Shown: positions 1-13,957 of the stretch, piece after piece | Layout: every line of letters begins with the position of its first letter | Numbering within the stretch: the first letter of the stretch is position 1 | From: Chiloscyllium plagiosum | Lineage: Eukaryota | Length of the DNA: 62,343 bases | Reading direction: 5' to 3' | Assembly: GCF_004010195.1 (NCBI RefSeq) | Contig: NC_057719.1 | Span: 88,548,333 to 88,610,675, forward strand | Position numbers and translations under genes: made by a program | Notes under the pieces: model-generated | Database searches by the model: none | What the model saw: only the letters and a program-made list of their open reading frames with translations | What the model was told of the DNA's origin: nothing

Positions 1-89
1 CAATATTGCCTCCTTTATTATATTGCTCCGGCTAATCTCACCTGAAAATTCTGTTCTCCCTGTGCATGGTCTGTTTGGTTTGTGCATGG

Positions 90-830
90 CTCTTTGTAGC
101 TGCATCAGCCTTTACACTGCCTCTGCCAATGGCCTTTTCCATTACATGTCGTCCAAAATTGATTGAAAATGGGTGATGCTCTTGGTGCCTGCAGAAGGCC
201 ACACCTTAAGGGCGGCACGGTGGCAAAGTGGTTGGCCTCACAGCGCCAGAGACACGGGTTCAGTTCCCGCCTCAGGCAACTGACTTTTTACCGTGCCTGC
301 GTGGGTTTCCTTTGGGTGCTCTGGTTTCCTCCCACAGTCCAAAAATGTGCAGGTTAGGTGAATTGGCCATGCTAAATTGCTGTAGTGTTAGGTGAAGGGG
401 TAAATGTAGGGGAATGGGTCTGGGTGGGTTGCGCTTAGGCGGGTCAGTGTGGACTCGTTGGGCCGAAGGGCCTGTTTCTACACTGTAAGTAATCTAAACC
501 CGCCTCGTGTCTTGCTATTTTAGTATTTAAGTGATTGTGTCAACTGCTGAGTTTTTAGCAACAGTGAGAATCTCGTCGCACTTGCATCCATGTGTGCTCT
601 CAGTCTCCAGTTTGTCATGCAAACTTTGCCGGAACGTTCCCAAGGAAGTGGATACGATAAACAATTCTCTTTGCTTGTTCCCCATCTGCCAAATTACCTA
701 ATAAGTTCTCTCCTCTGTATCTACTCAGTGTGATCTATTAACCCTGTAGGGTCCTGTCTAAATAACAGAAATTCCAGTGTTTTAATCTGATTCTGAATTG
801 GCTTTCTGATGTAGTCTGTATCTTTAGGAG
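90..830 (-). mobile_element. Possible decayed Gypsy gag remnant (split by HE1)
   Basis: Minus frames give FLLFRQDPTGLIDH and WTTCNGKGHWQRQC, resembling a gag RQ motif and a degenerate CCHC zinc knuckle. Confidence 0.3.
210..497 (+). mobile_element. HE1 SINE (internally deleted)
   Basis: tRNA-like head, V-domain remnant, LINE-like tail ending gtaagtaatct. Confidence 0.85.
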
Positions 831-884
831 AATATTTCGCTGTTTGGCTGTTAATTGTGACATTTTAAGTCTATATAGATCATG

Positions 885-1230
885 GAACCCCTACAGTGTG
901 GAAACAGGCCATTTGGCCCAACAAATCCACACCACCCCTCTGAAGAATAACCCACTCAGACCCATTCCCCTACTATATTACTCTACATTTCCCCTGACTA
1001 ATGCACCTAACCTACACATCCCTGAACACTTTAGGCGATTTCACATGGCCAATTCACCTAACCTGCACAGCTTTGGACTGTGGGACAAAACCAGAGCACC
1101 CCAAGAAAACTCACAGAGACACAAGGAGAATGTGCAAACTCCACACAGACAATTGACTGAGGCTGGAATTGAACCTGAATCCCTGATGTGTTAGGCAGCG
1201 GTGCTCACCGCTCAGCCAACGTATCGCCCA
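885..1230 (-). mobile_element. HE1-family SINE
   Basis: Reverse complement of head, V-domain and tail. Confidence 0.8.
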
Positions 1231-1845
1231 AACGAGGATCATTCCCAATTGAAAAGAAAACCTGAATGACATTGCTCTGTATCAGAAACACCCAGATCTT
1301 GATACCATAGCTCTGAATACTGTACACATTTTAAATTGTGATAGGAGGTCCCAATTTATACTACATGTTTTGACATGTCTCTGATGTACCCTTGCTTGCT
1401 ATTAATCTGACACACAGACACAGGCAGAATATGATCTTGTTTTTAAGGAATGGACAACTTCTTTGTGACAGTTCAACTTGAGAACAAGAATCCAAACTTT
1501 CAACCCTCACCCAACTAACCCACCTCACTCATGATTATTAATAGTCTGGAGAGCAGGATAATCCAGCCCAATATCACAAGATAGAAGCTCCTGTGACAGG
1601 TGTGGGATGGATCCTGAAAAGATTATCTCTGTCTATCTATGGTTTCAAACAAATAATCATCTACTTTTAATTAAATCATATGATGTGGGCACACACTCTG
1701 GGACAGCATTCATTGCCAGTCACCAGTCACCCGGTGAAAGAACAAAGAACAAAAAAAAATTACAGCACAGGAACAGGCCCTTCGGCCCTCCAAGTCTGTG
1801 CCAATCCAGATCCTCTATTTAAACCATTTTGGTCTATTTTCTAAA

Positions 1846-2074
1846 CCAAAAGAGAAAATGCTGGAAACTCTCAGCAGGCCTGGCAGCATTTGTAAGGAGA
1901 GAAAAGAACTGACGTTTCGAGTCTAACTGACTCTTTGACCAGCTTTGACAAAGGGTCAGTTAGACTTGAAACGTCAGCGCTTTTCTCTCCTTACAGATGC
2001 TGCCAGACCTGCTGGGATTTTCCAGCATTTTCTCTTTTGGTTTCAGATTTCAGCATCCGCAGTAATTTGCTTTT
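1846..2074. mobile_element. Palindromic Penelope-like short element
   Basis: Inverted arms centred near 1940; 14-bp TSD gtctattttctaaa (1832-1845 / 2075-2088). Confidence 0.75.
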
Positions 2075-2624
2075 GTCTATTTTCTAAAGATCTGTATCCC
2101 TCTGCTCCCTGCCCATTCATGCCATTCATGTAGATACATCTCAAATGCTATCGTGCCCATCTCTACCACCTCTGCTGGCAACAGGTTCCATGCACCCACT
2201 ACCCTCTGTGTAAAGAATTTTCCGTGCACATTTCCTTTAAACTTTTCCCTCTCATTTTGAACTCATGACCCCTAGTGACTCTGGGAAAAAGTTCCTTGCT
2301 ATCCACCCTGTCTATACCTCTCATGATTTTGTAGACCTCAATCAGGTTGCCCCCTCAACCTCCATCTTTCTAATGAAAATAATCCTAATCTATTCAATCT
2401 CTCCAAAACATTCACATCCTTTTGATAATGTGGCGACCAGAACTGTACGCAGTATTCCAAATGCGGCTGAACTGAAGTCTTATACAACTGTAACATAACC
2501 TGCCAACTCTTGTACACAATACCCCGTCCGATGAAGGAAAGCATGCCATATGCCTTCTTGACCACTCTATGGACCTGCATTGCCACCTTCAGGGTATAAC
2601 AGACCTGACCACCCAGATCTGTCT

Positions 2625-2957
2625 GCACGGTGGCTCAGTGGTTAGCACTGTTGCCTCATAGTGCCAGGGACTTGGGTTCGAAACCAGCGATTGCCTGTGT
2701 GGAGTTTGAACATTCTCCCCATTACTGCGTGGGCTTCCTCTGGGTGCTCCAGTTTCTTCCACAATCCAAAGATGTGCAGGTTAGGTGAATTGGCCGTGCT
2801 AAAGTGCCCATAGTGTTCAGGATTGTGTAAGCTAGGTGGATTAGTAAGGGGTACATATAGGATAATAAGGGAATGGATCTGGGTGGATTACTCTTTGGAG
2901 AGTAGGTGTAGATTTGTTGGGCTGAATGGCCTGTTTCCACACTATAAGGATCCTATG
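2625..2957 (+). mobile_element. HE1-family SINE nested in CR1
   Basis: gcacggtggctcagtggttagcact...ggcctgtttccacact. Confidence 0.85.
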
Positions 2958-5900
2958 GGACCTCACCCGTGTTCAAGGATGCTGCAAAGATATCTGTTAA
3001 AGCCTCAGCTATTTCCTCTCTCGCTTCCCTCAGAATCTGTGATAGATCCCATCTGGACCTGGGGACTTGTCCACCTTAATGCCTTTTAGAATACCCAACA
3101 CTTCCTCACTCCTTATGCCAACTTGACCGAGAGTAATCAAACATCTATCCCTAACCTCAACATCCACCATGTCCCTCTCCTTGGTGAATACCAATGCAAA
3201 ATATGCGTTAAGAATCTCACCCATTTTCTCTGACTCCACGCATATCTTTCCTCCTTTGTCCTTTCCCTCATTACCCTCTTACTCCTTATGTATGAATAAA
3301 AGGCTTTGGGATTTTCCTTAACCCTGTTTGCTAAAGATATTTCATGACCCTTCTTAACTCCTCATTTCAGATTGGTCCTACATTCTCAATAACCTTCCAA
3401 AGCTTCATCTGTCTTCAGTCGCCTAGACCTTGTATATGCTTCCGTTCTTTTCTTAGCTAGTCTCACAATTTCACCCATCATCCATGGTACCCTCATCTTG
3501 CCATTTCTATCCCACATTTTCACAGGATCATATCTCTCCTGCACTCGAATCAAACTCTCTTTAAAAGCCTCCCACATATCAAATGTGCATTAAACTTCAA
3601 ACTGCTGCTCCCAATCTACATTCCCCAGCTCGCCGAATTTTGGTATAGTTGGCCTTCCCCCAATTTAGAACTCTTCCTTGAGGACCACTCTTGTCTTTGT
3701 CCATGAGTATTCTAAAACTTATGGAATTGTGATCAGTCTATTCCTAAAGTAATCCCCAATGAAAATTCAGCCACCTGGCCGGACTCTTTTCCTACCAGGT
3801 CCAGTTTGGCCCCTTCCTGAGTTGGACTACTTACATACTGCTCTAGAAAACCCTCCTGGATACTCCCTACAAATTCTGCTCCATCTAGACTTCTAACACT
3901 AAGTGAATCCCAGTCAATGTTGGGAAAATTAAAATCTCCTATCACCACCACCATGTTGCTCCTACATCTTTCTATGATGTCTCTACATATTTGTACCTCT
4001 ATCTCACGCTCGCTGTTGGGAGGCCTATAGTACAGCCCCAACATTGTTACCGCACTCGTCCTATTTCTGTGCTCTGCCCATAGTGCCTCACTGCTCGAGT
4101 CCTCCATAGTGCCCTCCTTCAGCACAGCTGTGATATCCTCTCTGACCAGTAATGGAACTCCTCCACCCCTATTATCTCCCCCTCTATCCTGCCTGACGCA
4201 TCTATATCCTGGGATATTTAGTTGCCGATCATGCCCTTCCCTCAACCAAGTCTCAGTAATAGCAATAACATCATACTCCCAGGTACTAATCCAAGCCCTA
4301 AGTTCATCTGCCTTATCTACAACACTTCTTGCAGTAAAACAAATGCACCTCAGACCACCAGTCCCTTTGCTTTCATCATTTGCTCCCTGCATACTCTTCC
4401 CCTTAGTCATGCTGACTTCAAGATCTGGTTCCTTTGAGGCATTAGTTACTACCTCCTTCCTGTTCACTAACCTCCTCATTTGGTTCTCATCCCCCGGCCA
4501 CATTAGTTTAAACCCTCCCCAACAGCATTAGCAAAAGCACCTTCAAGGACATTAGTTCCAGTTCGGCCCAGGTGTAGACCAATCAATTTGTAATGGTCCC
4601 ACCTCCCCCAGAACCTGTCCCAATGTCCCAAAAGTCTGAACCCCTCCCTCCTGCACCACCTCTCAAGCCATGCATTCATCTTGCCTATACTTGCATTTCT
4701 ATTCTGACTCGCACATGGCACTGGTAGCAATCCTGAGATTACTACTCCTGAGATCCTACTTTTTAACTTGGCTCCTAACTCCCTAAATTCTGCTTGTAGG
4801 ACCCATCCCATTTTTTACCTATATCATTGGTGCCAATGTGCACCACGACAACTGGCTATTCACCCTCCCCCTTGAGAATATTCTGCAGTCAATCCGAGAC
4901 ATCCCTGACCCGTGCACCTGAGAGGCAACATACCATTCGGGAGTCTCATTTTTGACCAGAGAACCGCCTATCTACTCCCCTTACAAATGAATCCTCTATG
5001 ACCATAGCCCTTCCACTCTTTTTCCTGCCCTTCTGTACAGCAGAGCCAGCCACGGTGCCATGAACCTGGCTACTGCTGCCTCCCCCTAGTGAGCCATCTC
5101 CCCCAGCAGTATCCAAAACAGTATACCTGTTTTGGAGGGAGATGACTGCAGGGGACACCTGCACTGCTTTCCTACTCTTTCTTTGCCTTTTGCTAACCCA
5201 TTCCCTTTCTTCCTCAGCCATCACACTCTGCGGTGTGATCAACTTGCTAAACATGCTATCTACGACCCCCTCAGCATTGCGGGTGCTCCAAAGTGAGTCC
5301 GTCCACAGCTCCAGAGCCGTTATGTGGTTTAACAAGAGCTGTAGCTGGACACACTTCCTGCACGTGAAGGACTCAGGGACATCAGCCATGTCCCTGAGCT
5401 GTCACATTGAGCAAGAGGAGCAAGAGATCTCCTGCCATTTTTAATTTTAAGCTTAAATTAGTTTCAACTTAGATAAATGAAAAAGGAAAGAAAAGCCTCT
5501 GCCCAAATATATCAGTTCATTCACCTTCCCAGAGTCTAAACTGACCCTCCCACTCAGCTCCTCACTCTCCTCTCTCCCGCTGCTGCTGAAAATGGAGGAT
5601 GCTGACTCTTGAGGTAAATCCTTTTAAGAGGGAAATTTACCTTCCCAGCAGCCCCCTGGTCCTCACTGGGATGAGCTGCTGGTGGTGAGCTGTCTTCTTG
5701 AACCACTGCAGAGCATGTGCTGTAAGTAGACCCACAATACCCTTAAGGAGGGAATTTCAGAATCCCAGCAAAATGAAGGAACGGTGATCTACTTCCATGA
5801 CAGGATGGTGAATGGCTCAGAGGGGAACATGCAGAGGGGTGGTGTTTCCATTTATTTACTGCCCTAGTCCTTCTGGATGGAAGCTGTCATGGATTTGAAA

Positions 5901-6173
5901 GGTACTGACTAAGGATTCTTGGTGAATTTCCTTAGTCAATACCTTTCAATGAACTCCTGCAGATATTTCTGTAAACCTGGCAGTGAATTTGACTTCTTGG
6001 CAAGGAAATCTGAGCCCCAGTGTGACTATTCTAGGCTTGGGAATGGTTTTGGGGGGATGACAATGGTGATGGTTGCGGCTGACAGCAAGTGGATAGTGAT
6101 CCAGCTGGTCGGTAACTACAGCAGCAGAATCTTTGACTCCTGAATTCCCGCCAGTGAACGAGAAGCTCTGATT

Positions 6174-6960
6174 CAAAAACAGAAATTGCTGGAAAAGCTG
6201 AACAGGTCTGGCAGCATCTGTGGAGAGAAATCAGAGTAACATTTTAGATCCAGTGACCCTTCCTCAGTGATCCTTCCCAGACTCCCCACCATCACAGTTG
6301 ACAGGGCCCTCAACCGGGCCCATCCCATCTCTGGCACTTCGGCCCTCATCTCCTCTCTTCCCTCCCCCTTGTTCTCACCTACCATCCCACCAATATCCAT
6401 ATCCAGAGGAACATTAGCCACAATTTCCAGCCACCACCAGACATACGTTCCTCTCCCCTCCCCATCAGCCTTCTGCAGGTATCATTTCCACTCCTTCACT
6501 CCCAACAGCTACCCTTTCCGGCACCACCCAGCACCACCCCCCCCACCGCCCACACAACCCCATGTCACCCTCCCCTGCAACTGCAGGAGGTGTAACATCT
6601 GCCACTTTACCTTCCTCTCTCCTCAGGATGAAAGGGCCCAAACACACCTTCCAGATGAAGCAGTGTTTTGCCTGCACCTCACTCGATCTAGTCTACTGCA
6701 TCTGCTGTTCACAATATGGTCTCTTCTACATTGGGGAAGTGAAGCGTAGACTGGGTGACCGTTTTGCAAAACAATTACGTTCTATTTGCAAAAAGGCCCT
6801 GAGCTTCCAGTTGCCTGCCACTCCAACACACCACACTGTTCCCTGGTCAACATCTCTGTCTCAGGCTTGCTACAGTTCTCCAGGGAAGCTCATTGCAAGC
6901 TGGAAGAACAGCATTTTATTTTCCACTTGGAACGTTACAGCCTTCTGGACTCAATGACAT
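6174..6960 (+). mobile_element. Penelope-like element (Neptune-type) fragment with GIY-YIG endonuclease, preceded by an inverted pLTR piece
   Basis: Frames give CNCRRCNIC, FACTSLDLVYCICCSQYGLFYIGEVKRRLGDRF and PVACH...KLEEQHFIFHL, typical of the PLE GIY-YIG region; 6174-6268 is a reverse-oriented pLTR-like segment (ctgaggaagggtc...). Confidence 0.8.
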
Positions 6961-6964
6961 GTTC

Positions 6965-8020
6965 CTCCATTCAATAAGATCAGGGCAGATTTGATTTTAA
7001 CTTCAATTCGACATTCCTGCATTCACCTTGATTATCGTTTATCCCCTTGGTAATCCACCTCTGCCTTAAAGATATTCAAAGGTTCTGCATCCACTGCCTT
7101 TGGAGGAAGGGAATTCCAAAAGTTCACAAGCCCCAAGAGAAAAAAATATTTCCTCATCTCTGTTTTAAATGACTGACCCTTTATGTTTAAATGATGAACC
7201 CTAGTTTGAGATTCTTCCACAAGAGGAAACATCCTTTCCACACCCAGCTGGTCATGTCCACTCAGGATTTTACATGCTTCAGGTAAGTCAACTTTGACTC
7301 TTCTAAACTCTAAATTAACTGATGGGATTCCAGATTAGGTAACGGCAATGGATTGCAAATATAGAGTTGTAGAGTCACACAGCACGGAAACACACCTTTT
7401 GGTCCAACCAGTCCATGCCGACCATAATCCCAATCTGAACTAGCCCCACATGCCTGCACTTGGCCCATATCCCTCTAAATATGTCCTAATCATGTACTTA
7501 TCTAAATGTCTTTTAAACAATACAACTGTGCCCACTTTCTCTGGAAATTCATTCCACACACAAAACACTCGCTATGTAAAATAATTTACCCCTCATGTCC
7601 TTTTTAAATCTCTTTCCTCTCACCTTAAAAACATACACCCTTGCTCTGAAATCCCCCAACCTAGGGAAAAGACACCTGCTATTTACTTTAGTTATTCCCT
7701 TCATGATTTTATAATCATGAGGTCACCCCAAAACCTCCTACACTCCAATGGTAAAATTCCCAGCCCACCCAGCCTATCCAGCCTTTCCTTATAACTTCAA
7801 ACCCTCCATTCCCGGCAACATCCTGGTGAGTCATTTCTGAATCCTCTCCAGCTTAATAATGACCTTCCTATAACAGGGTGACCAGAAATGGACAGAGTAC
7901 TCCAGAAGAGGCCTCACTAACATCCTGTACAACCTCAACATAACGTACTAACTCCTAACCTCAAATGAAGGCAATGAAGGCAAAAGTGTTTAATGCTTTC
8001 TTCGCCGTCCTGTCTACATT
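6965..8020 (-). mobile_element. Two adjacent CR1-type LINE 3' fragments
   Basis: RMFPLVEES...NFWNSLP ORF remnant and CR1 3' UTR motifs. Confidence 0.7.
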
Positions 8021-10336
8021 TGTGCCAGTCATTCTCTTAGCTGATTGCCAAAAAAATGTTTTTCATTCTATTACAACTTGGTAGCAACATAGTTCAGTTC
8101 ATCTGATGTAACTCCAGTTATTTTTACCAGAAGAATATTAAAAATAAATGACCCAAATGGAAGAATGTTTGTGATCAGAACAGTGGGTCAGACACCTCCA
8201 AGTTAATGCCAATCTGAGTTGGACAAGCAGGCAAGTTAATTGGGCTGATTGGTCAACTCCTGTGCCTATGTTCCTGTGGACAAATGCTGTCCATTTGTTC
8301 AACACAGGCAGATCAGAATTCAGTAGATTTCTACCATTGCTTTCTTACTGAATTCTTCATCACCACCCAGACCTTGGCCACCAGTAACTCAACAGGACAA
8401 CTCAGTAAACTCAGTCACCTACACCTTAAAGACACCCTCTTCAAAACAGAAAACAGAGACCCTTTTGACAGGTCTCATTGAAACAGCCTTTGGAAATGAA
8501 TGCCAATGCTGGGTTTACAATGGAGCCACATTATCACATGGCCCTGGAAACCCAAATATTTAACACAACATCAACAGTGTGGAAGCAGGCCATTTGGCCC
8601 ATTGAGTCCACACTAATCTCCAAAAGGCATCCCACCCAGACTCACTCCTCTACCCTATCCCTGTAACCCTGCAATGCCCATGGCTAATCCATCTGGTCTG
8701 CCCATCCCTGGACATTATGAGCAATTTAGCATGGCTAATCCACATGACCTGCACATCTTTGGACTTACATGAAAACCACTTACACTAAAATCAGTATCTG
8801 ACACTTATGTTGAAATGAGACAAAACCTTTTTTTTTGGCACAATGCCAAACATTTGACTGTGGCGTGACTTTATGGTTAGTATTTATTTATTTGCAAAGA
8901 AGCCAGCTTTGAGTGTGAACTGATTTACTTGATTTATTTATTGTCATGTGTATCTTGCTGCAAAAAAAAAGCGAAAAGTATTACATATTGTTTCCACTGT
9001 CTGGTATCATGAAATATTTAGGACTTATCATTGATGTTAGGGGACTATACAAGTCACTTTCAAAAATAACTGAGCACTAGTGCCTAAAAATGTATATCAA
9101 CAACGATCATTTTTGACTTGTTAGTATGGCGGGTTTGTCCTAAATTTTGCAACCATCCACAATTTATTATTTCAAAACCAGGTGGGAAATGGGAAAATCA
9201 GTGTGAAAGAGCCTTTGCACAAATCAAAGATTTGATTTCATTCATTTATTGTCACGTACATCCTGTTACAAAATGCAGTGAAAAGTGTTGTATGGTGTCG
9301 TCACTCTCTGGCACTGTCTTAAACACAGAAAAATAAAGCAAAACATAGAATATGAAGGCAGAAAAATGAAGAAATAAAGAAAATGTGTTCATTTTGCAGT
9401 CATTCTGGTTAAGTGCTCTGTTATGGACTATGGGCTTGGTGGTCAGGCATGAATCCCTTTGCTGTGCCACTGCTGGAACGAAAGTAGCTGCTCTTTGGTG
9501 GCCTCATCACTATGAGTCCTTGCTGAACCTCGCCAGCACAGGCACCACTGATGCCGCCAGGTATCACACTGGTTCAAACTTGACTCCACCATTGCCATAA
9601 GTCCATTTCGGGTCCACCTCAGTAATACAGTTGCTGCCGACGGGTCTCATACTGTGCCCAAACTCCCCTCTGCCGCTGGACACAGATGCTGCCAGGAACC
9701 CAAACTCCCCTGCGCCACAAGTCAGCACCCGGACCGCCTCGACAGCCAAAAGCTGAAGTCTCTGATGCGGGACCTGAACTTTGCTACAATCAGTTGTATC
9801 TCCCAGGAGAATGATAAAACTGGGTACAGGAGAAAGGATTTTGGAGAAGTATTATACACCACAGTTTGATAAAGGGATGGCTGCAGGTAACTTGAGGACA
9901 GCAATGCTGGATGGTGATAGAATGCTGCTGTCAGAAACAAAAGAGCTGAAAATGGTCAGAGGCTATTTGTGAGAATGAGCAATTAGCAGAACACAGAAAT
10001 CAATCAAGCCCAGTCATACATAATTGGCCACAGAAGGATTCCGAATCCATTCACTAAAAGGCATTGGCATCATCCAGAGAGCTTGAAGCAGAGATCACAT
10101 CTAGTAATTACTAAAGCTTTACCAATGGAGTGCTTCCTGCAGATATGTTCTCAAAAGAATAATCCTTTCTGCTCTGATTTCCTCCCTTGCTCCTTTGTAT
10201 TGTAGGTGGCGGTTATACTGAGGTATATGTTCCCTGGGCAGTAAGACTAATTCTCTGAGATTTCAGCACAAGGTCACAGCTGGAATTTTGTGTTTGTTAG
10301 TTCCAGTCATCACAGGAAATACATAGCTCCTCCAGA

Positions 10337-10685
10337 GAATCATAGAATCCCTACAGTGTGGAAGCAGGCCACTTGGCCCATTGATCTCACACCGACCCTC
10401 TGAAGAGCATCCAATCCACACGCAGTCCACTCCATCCTATCCCCATAACTCTGTATTAACCATGGCTAACCCACATCGTTGGACACTATGGGGTAATTTA
10501 GCATGGTCAATCCATCTGAGCTGTGCATCTTTTGGATTGTGGGAGGAAACTAGAGCATCCAGAGGAAACCCATGCATCCACAGGGAGAATGTGCAAACTC
10601 CACACAGTCGCCCGAGCATGGAGTCAAACCTGGGTGCCAGATGATGTGAGGCAGCAGCACTAACAATTGAGCCACCATGCCGCCC
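10337..10685 (-). mobile_element. HE1-family SINE
   Basis: Full-length reverse copy. Confidence 0.8.
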
Positions 10686-10904
10686 TAAATACAAAGGAGT
10701 TTTACAAGAATATTGCCAAGACTCGAAACTTGCATCTAAGAAGAAAGTTTAGATAGGCAAGGTTGCTTTCTTCAGAACAGCAGAGGAGGCTGAGAGGTGA
10801 CTCAATTGAGGTGAACAGAACAATGAGGGGCTTGGATATTGAGGACAGGCAAGACCGTGTTTTCCGCATGTAGAGAGGTCAATTGCTAGGAGATGCAGGT
10901 TTAA

Positions 10905-11550
10905 GATGATGATCCTAGGAGTGATGATCACCAACAATCTGCCCTGGTCCACCCACGCTGATGTGACAGTCAAGAAAACACAACAATGCCTCTACTTCCT
11001 CAGGATGCTAAGGAAATTTAGCATGTCTGTGAAAACTCTTACCAATTTTTATAGATGTGCCATAGAAAGGATTCTATCCAGATGCATCACAGTTTGGCAT
11101 GGTAATTACTCTGCCCAGGATTGTAAGAAGCTACAGAGAGTTGAGAACACAGCCCAGTCCATCAGACAAGCCAACCTTCCATCTACACTTCTCCCTGTCT
11201 CAGGAAGGCAGCCAACATTATCAAAGACCCCTCCTGCCCCTGTTATAATCTCTTCCGTCAGGCAGAATGTACGAAAACTTAAACACAAGAACCAACAGAT
11301 TCAAGAACAGTTTCTTCCCCGCTGCTATTAGACTTCTGAATGGACCTCTCAAATTTTAAATTTAGTGTTGATCTCATGGTCTGTGCACCTTTTCTGCAGC
11401 TGCAACATAGTATTCCAAACTCTGCTCTATTACCCTAATGCACTTATATCCTAATGTAAGATCTGCCTGTGATGCACACAAAACAAAAACTTTTCACTGT
11501 ACCTAGGTACCTACTGTACCACTATTACCAGTAATAAATCAAATCAAATT
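10905..11550 (+). mobile_element. Rex1/Babar-clade LINE 3' fragment
   Basis: ORF LGVMITNNLPWSTH...KKTQQCLYFLRMLRKF...TNFYRCAIERILSRCITVWHGN (C-terminal region typical of Rex1); tail aataaatcaaatcaaa. Confidence 0.75.
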
Positions 11551-11615
11551 TTAAAATTCAGACCATATGGAACTGGGAATGGAGTTTGTGGGGGTCCAGC
11601 AATGTTGATCCACGT

Positions 11616-12352
11616 AATGGTAAGGTCCTAGGGAGTGTTGCTGAACAAAGAGACCTTGGAGTGCAGGTTCATAACTCCTTGAAAGTGGAGTCGCAGGTAG
11701 ATAAGATAGTGAAGAAGGTGTTTGGTCTGCTTTCCTTTATTGATCAGAGTATTGAGTACAGGAGTTGGGAGGTCATGTTGCGGCTGAACAGGACATTGGT
11801 TAGGCCACTGTTGGAATGTTGTGTGCAATTCTGGTCTCCTTACTATCGGAAAAACGTAGTGAAACTTGAAAGGGTTCAGAAAAGATTTACAAGGGTGTTG
11901 CCAGGGTTGGAGGATTTGAGCTATAGGAAGAGGTTGAAGAGGCTAGGGCTGTTTTCCCTGGAGCATTGGAGGTTGAGGCGGGATGGGGGGGGGGGTGACC
12001 TTATAGAGGTTTATAAAATCATAAGGGGCTTGGGTCGGATAAATAGACAAAGTCTTTTCCCTGGGGTGGGTTTAGGTTGAGATGGGAAAGATATAAAAGA
12101 GACCTAAAGGACAACTTTTCCACGCAAAGGATCGTGCGTGTGTGGAATGAGTTGCCAGAGGATGTGATGGAGTCGGTACAATTGCAACATTTAAGAGGCA
12201 TTTCGATGGGTATATGAATAGGAAGGGTTTGGAGGGATATGGGCTGAGTGCTGGCAGGTGGGACTAGATTGGGTTGGGATATTTGGTCGGCATGGACAAG
12301 TTTGACTGAAGGGTCTGTTTCTGTGCTGTACATCTCTACGACTCTATGACTC
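11616..12352 (+). mobile_element. CR1-clade LINE 3' fragment
   Basis: QRDLGVQVH...LECCVQFWSPYYRKNVVKLERVQKRFTR; tail tctctacgactctatgac. Confidence 0.85.
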
Positions 12353-12763
12353 TTACTAGCCCTCGTGTATAGCTTGCTCACCATTCAGTAAGATCACGAT
12401 TGATCTGATTGTAACCTCAAATCCACACTCCCACCCAGATAACTTTCACCCTCTTGTTAACATTCACTTCTGCCTTAAAAATCTGCAAGGATTTATTTGG
12501 AAGCGACAGCTGAAATTTATTTCCCATTCCTTCCTCCAAATTGTTCAAAGCTTTGGGACAATTAGATGAAATAAGCCGACAGTGTGGGAACTGGAGATTG
12601 CACTGGATGTGGTGGTCAACCCAGCTCCCATTCTAGGGGCTGTGTGACAAACAGACGAGAATGTTTTCAGTGTTTGTGTCTCTCAAACTGTAGTCAACAT
12701 CTAATTCTCCAAACCTGAAGTTTGAACTGACTACATGCAGCACATACATGTTGCTCTGTCACA

Positions 12764-13230
12764 AGACCAGAGGAAATAGGAACAGCAGTAGGCCATTCAG
12801 CCCCTTGGGCCTGCTCCGCCATTCATGGCTGATCTGACACTGCCCTCGGCCACTTTCCTGCCCTTTCCCTGTAACCCTTGATTCCCCGTCTGATCAAGAA
12901 TCGATCTATCTCAGCCTCAAATGTACAAAATATACACACAGCTCTCTGTGGCAAGGAGTTTCAGAGACTCACTCTTCCTCATCTTAGTCTTAAACTGGTG
13001 CCCCTTTTTTCTGAGACTACACCCTCCTAGACTGTCCCAAGAGGGGAAACATCCTCTCATCATTGATCCTGTCAAGCCCCTTAAGAAACCTATATGCTTC
13101 AATGAAATCACTGCTTGTCCTTCTAAACTCCAGTGAGTAGAATCCCAACCTGTTCAACCTCTGTTCATAGAACATTTCCTCCAAACCAGCAATAATTCTA
13201 GTGAACCTTCTCTTAACTGCCTCCAATGAA
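12764..13230 (-). mobile_element. CR1-type LINE 3' fragment
   Basis: RRFTRII...RLGFYSLEFRR remnant. Confidence 0.7.
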
Positions 13231-13957
13231 ATCCTCCTCCACACTGATCTGCGGCATGTCTCTCCCCACCTCTCCAGCCCCACAATTCTCCAGGATCTCT
13301 GCCCCCACTTCAGTCTCTCCGACTTAATTGCCCCACCGTTGGGCAGCCTTGTCAAACATTGTTCAATCCCACCCCATAAGGTAGTGCCACAGGATGTTAT
13401 ATAAATGTAAATATATATAAACATAGCCCGTTGTTATTGTTGTGGTGAGCTGGCACAATCCTTCCATCGGTATTCAAACGCCAGTCTCATTTTCAGAATT
13501 GGAGCAGTCTCTGATGATTACCAAAGTAATACAAGGCTTTTTTCCCTCCACATTCAATTTTGTTGCATTTTTCCTTCAGACAGACAAGGTGAGGAGAGAA
13601 TGTTTTTGAAACAAAACACATGCCGATGCCTGGGCATGTTGGGTTTAAGTGTGCGAAGTTTGGGATCGTTCCTGTATACGTGAACAAGGTAGAAATACTG
13701 TACAGTTTAATGAAGATGTAAAGGTAACACTTCCTGCTGGGGGAACTGCTGGATGACATAAAATCCAATGCATCTGGGGATATAAATGAGCTGTGTTGGA
13801 GCAGGTGGAGGAGCTTACATTAGTGCACGTCAGTTCTGACAGAGTATACTCCCTTGAGCTTGGTATGTGGGGTGTATCGGGTGATCAGAGTGGTTTCTAC
13901 AGGGATGGTTGAGTCATGTCACATATTTACATCCTCTCATCTAAAGCAAAGCACCAA

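Larger units (their letters stand above)
1736..5600 (-). mobile_element. Long CR1-clade LINE with ORF1 (CxxC zinc-finger and SGNH esterase-like) and ORF2 APE endonuclease; internally deleted, decayed
   Basis: ORF1 remnants CSSCSM..FTCRKC, VIEDSFVRGVD, GLHLGRTG (about 4503-5437); endonuclease DVIAITETWL, YYRPPN, GDFNFPNIDW (3733-4503); RT C-terminus and 3' UTR at 1736-2625. Contains nested HE1 and Penelope insertions. Confidence 0.85.

Noticed and set aside
13579..13690. Possible plus-strand exon (acceptor ttttccttcag, donor-like aaggtaga)
   Set aside because: No recognisable coding homology and a weak donor; needs transcript data.
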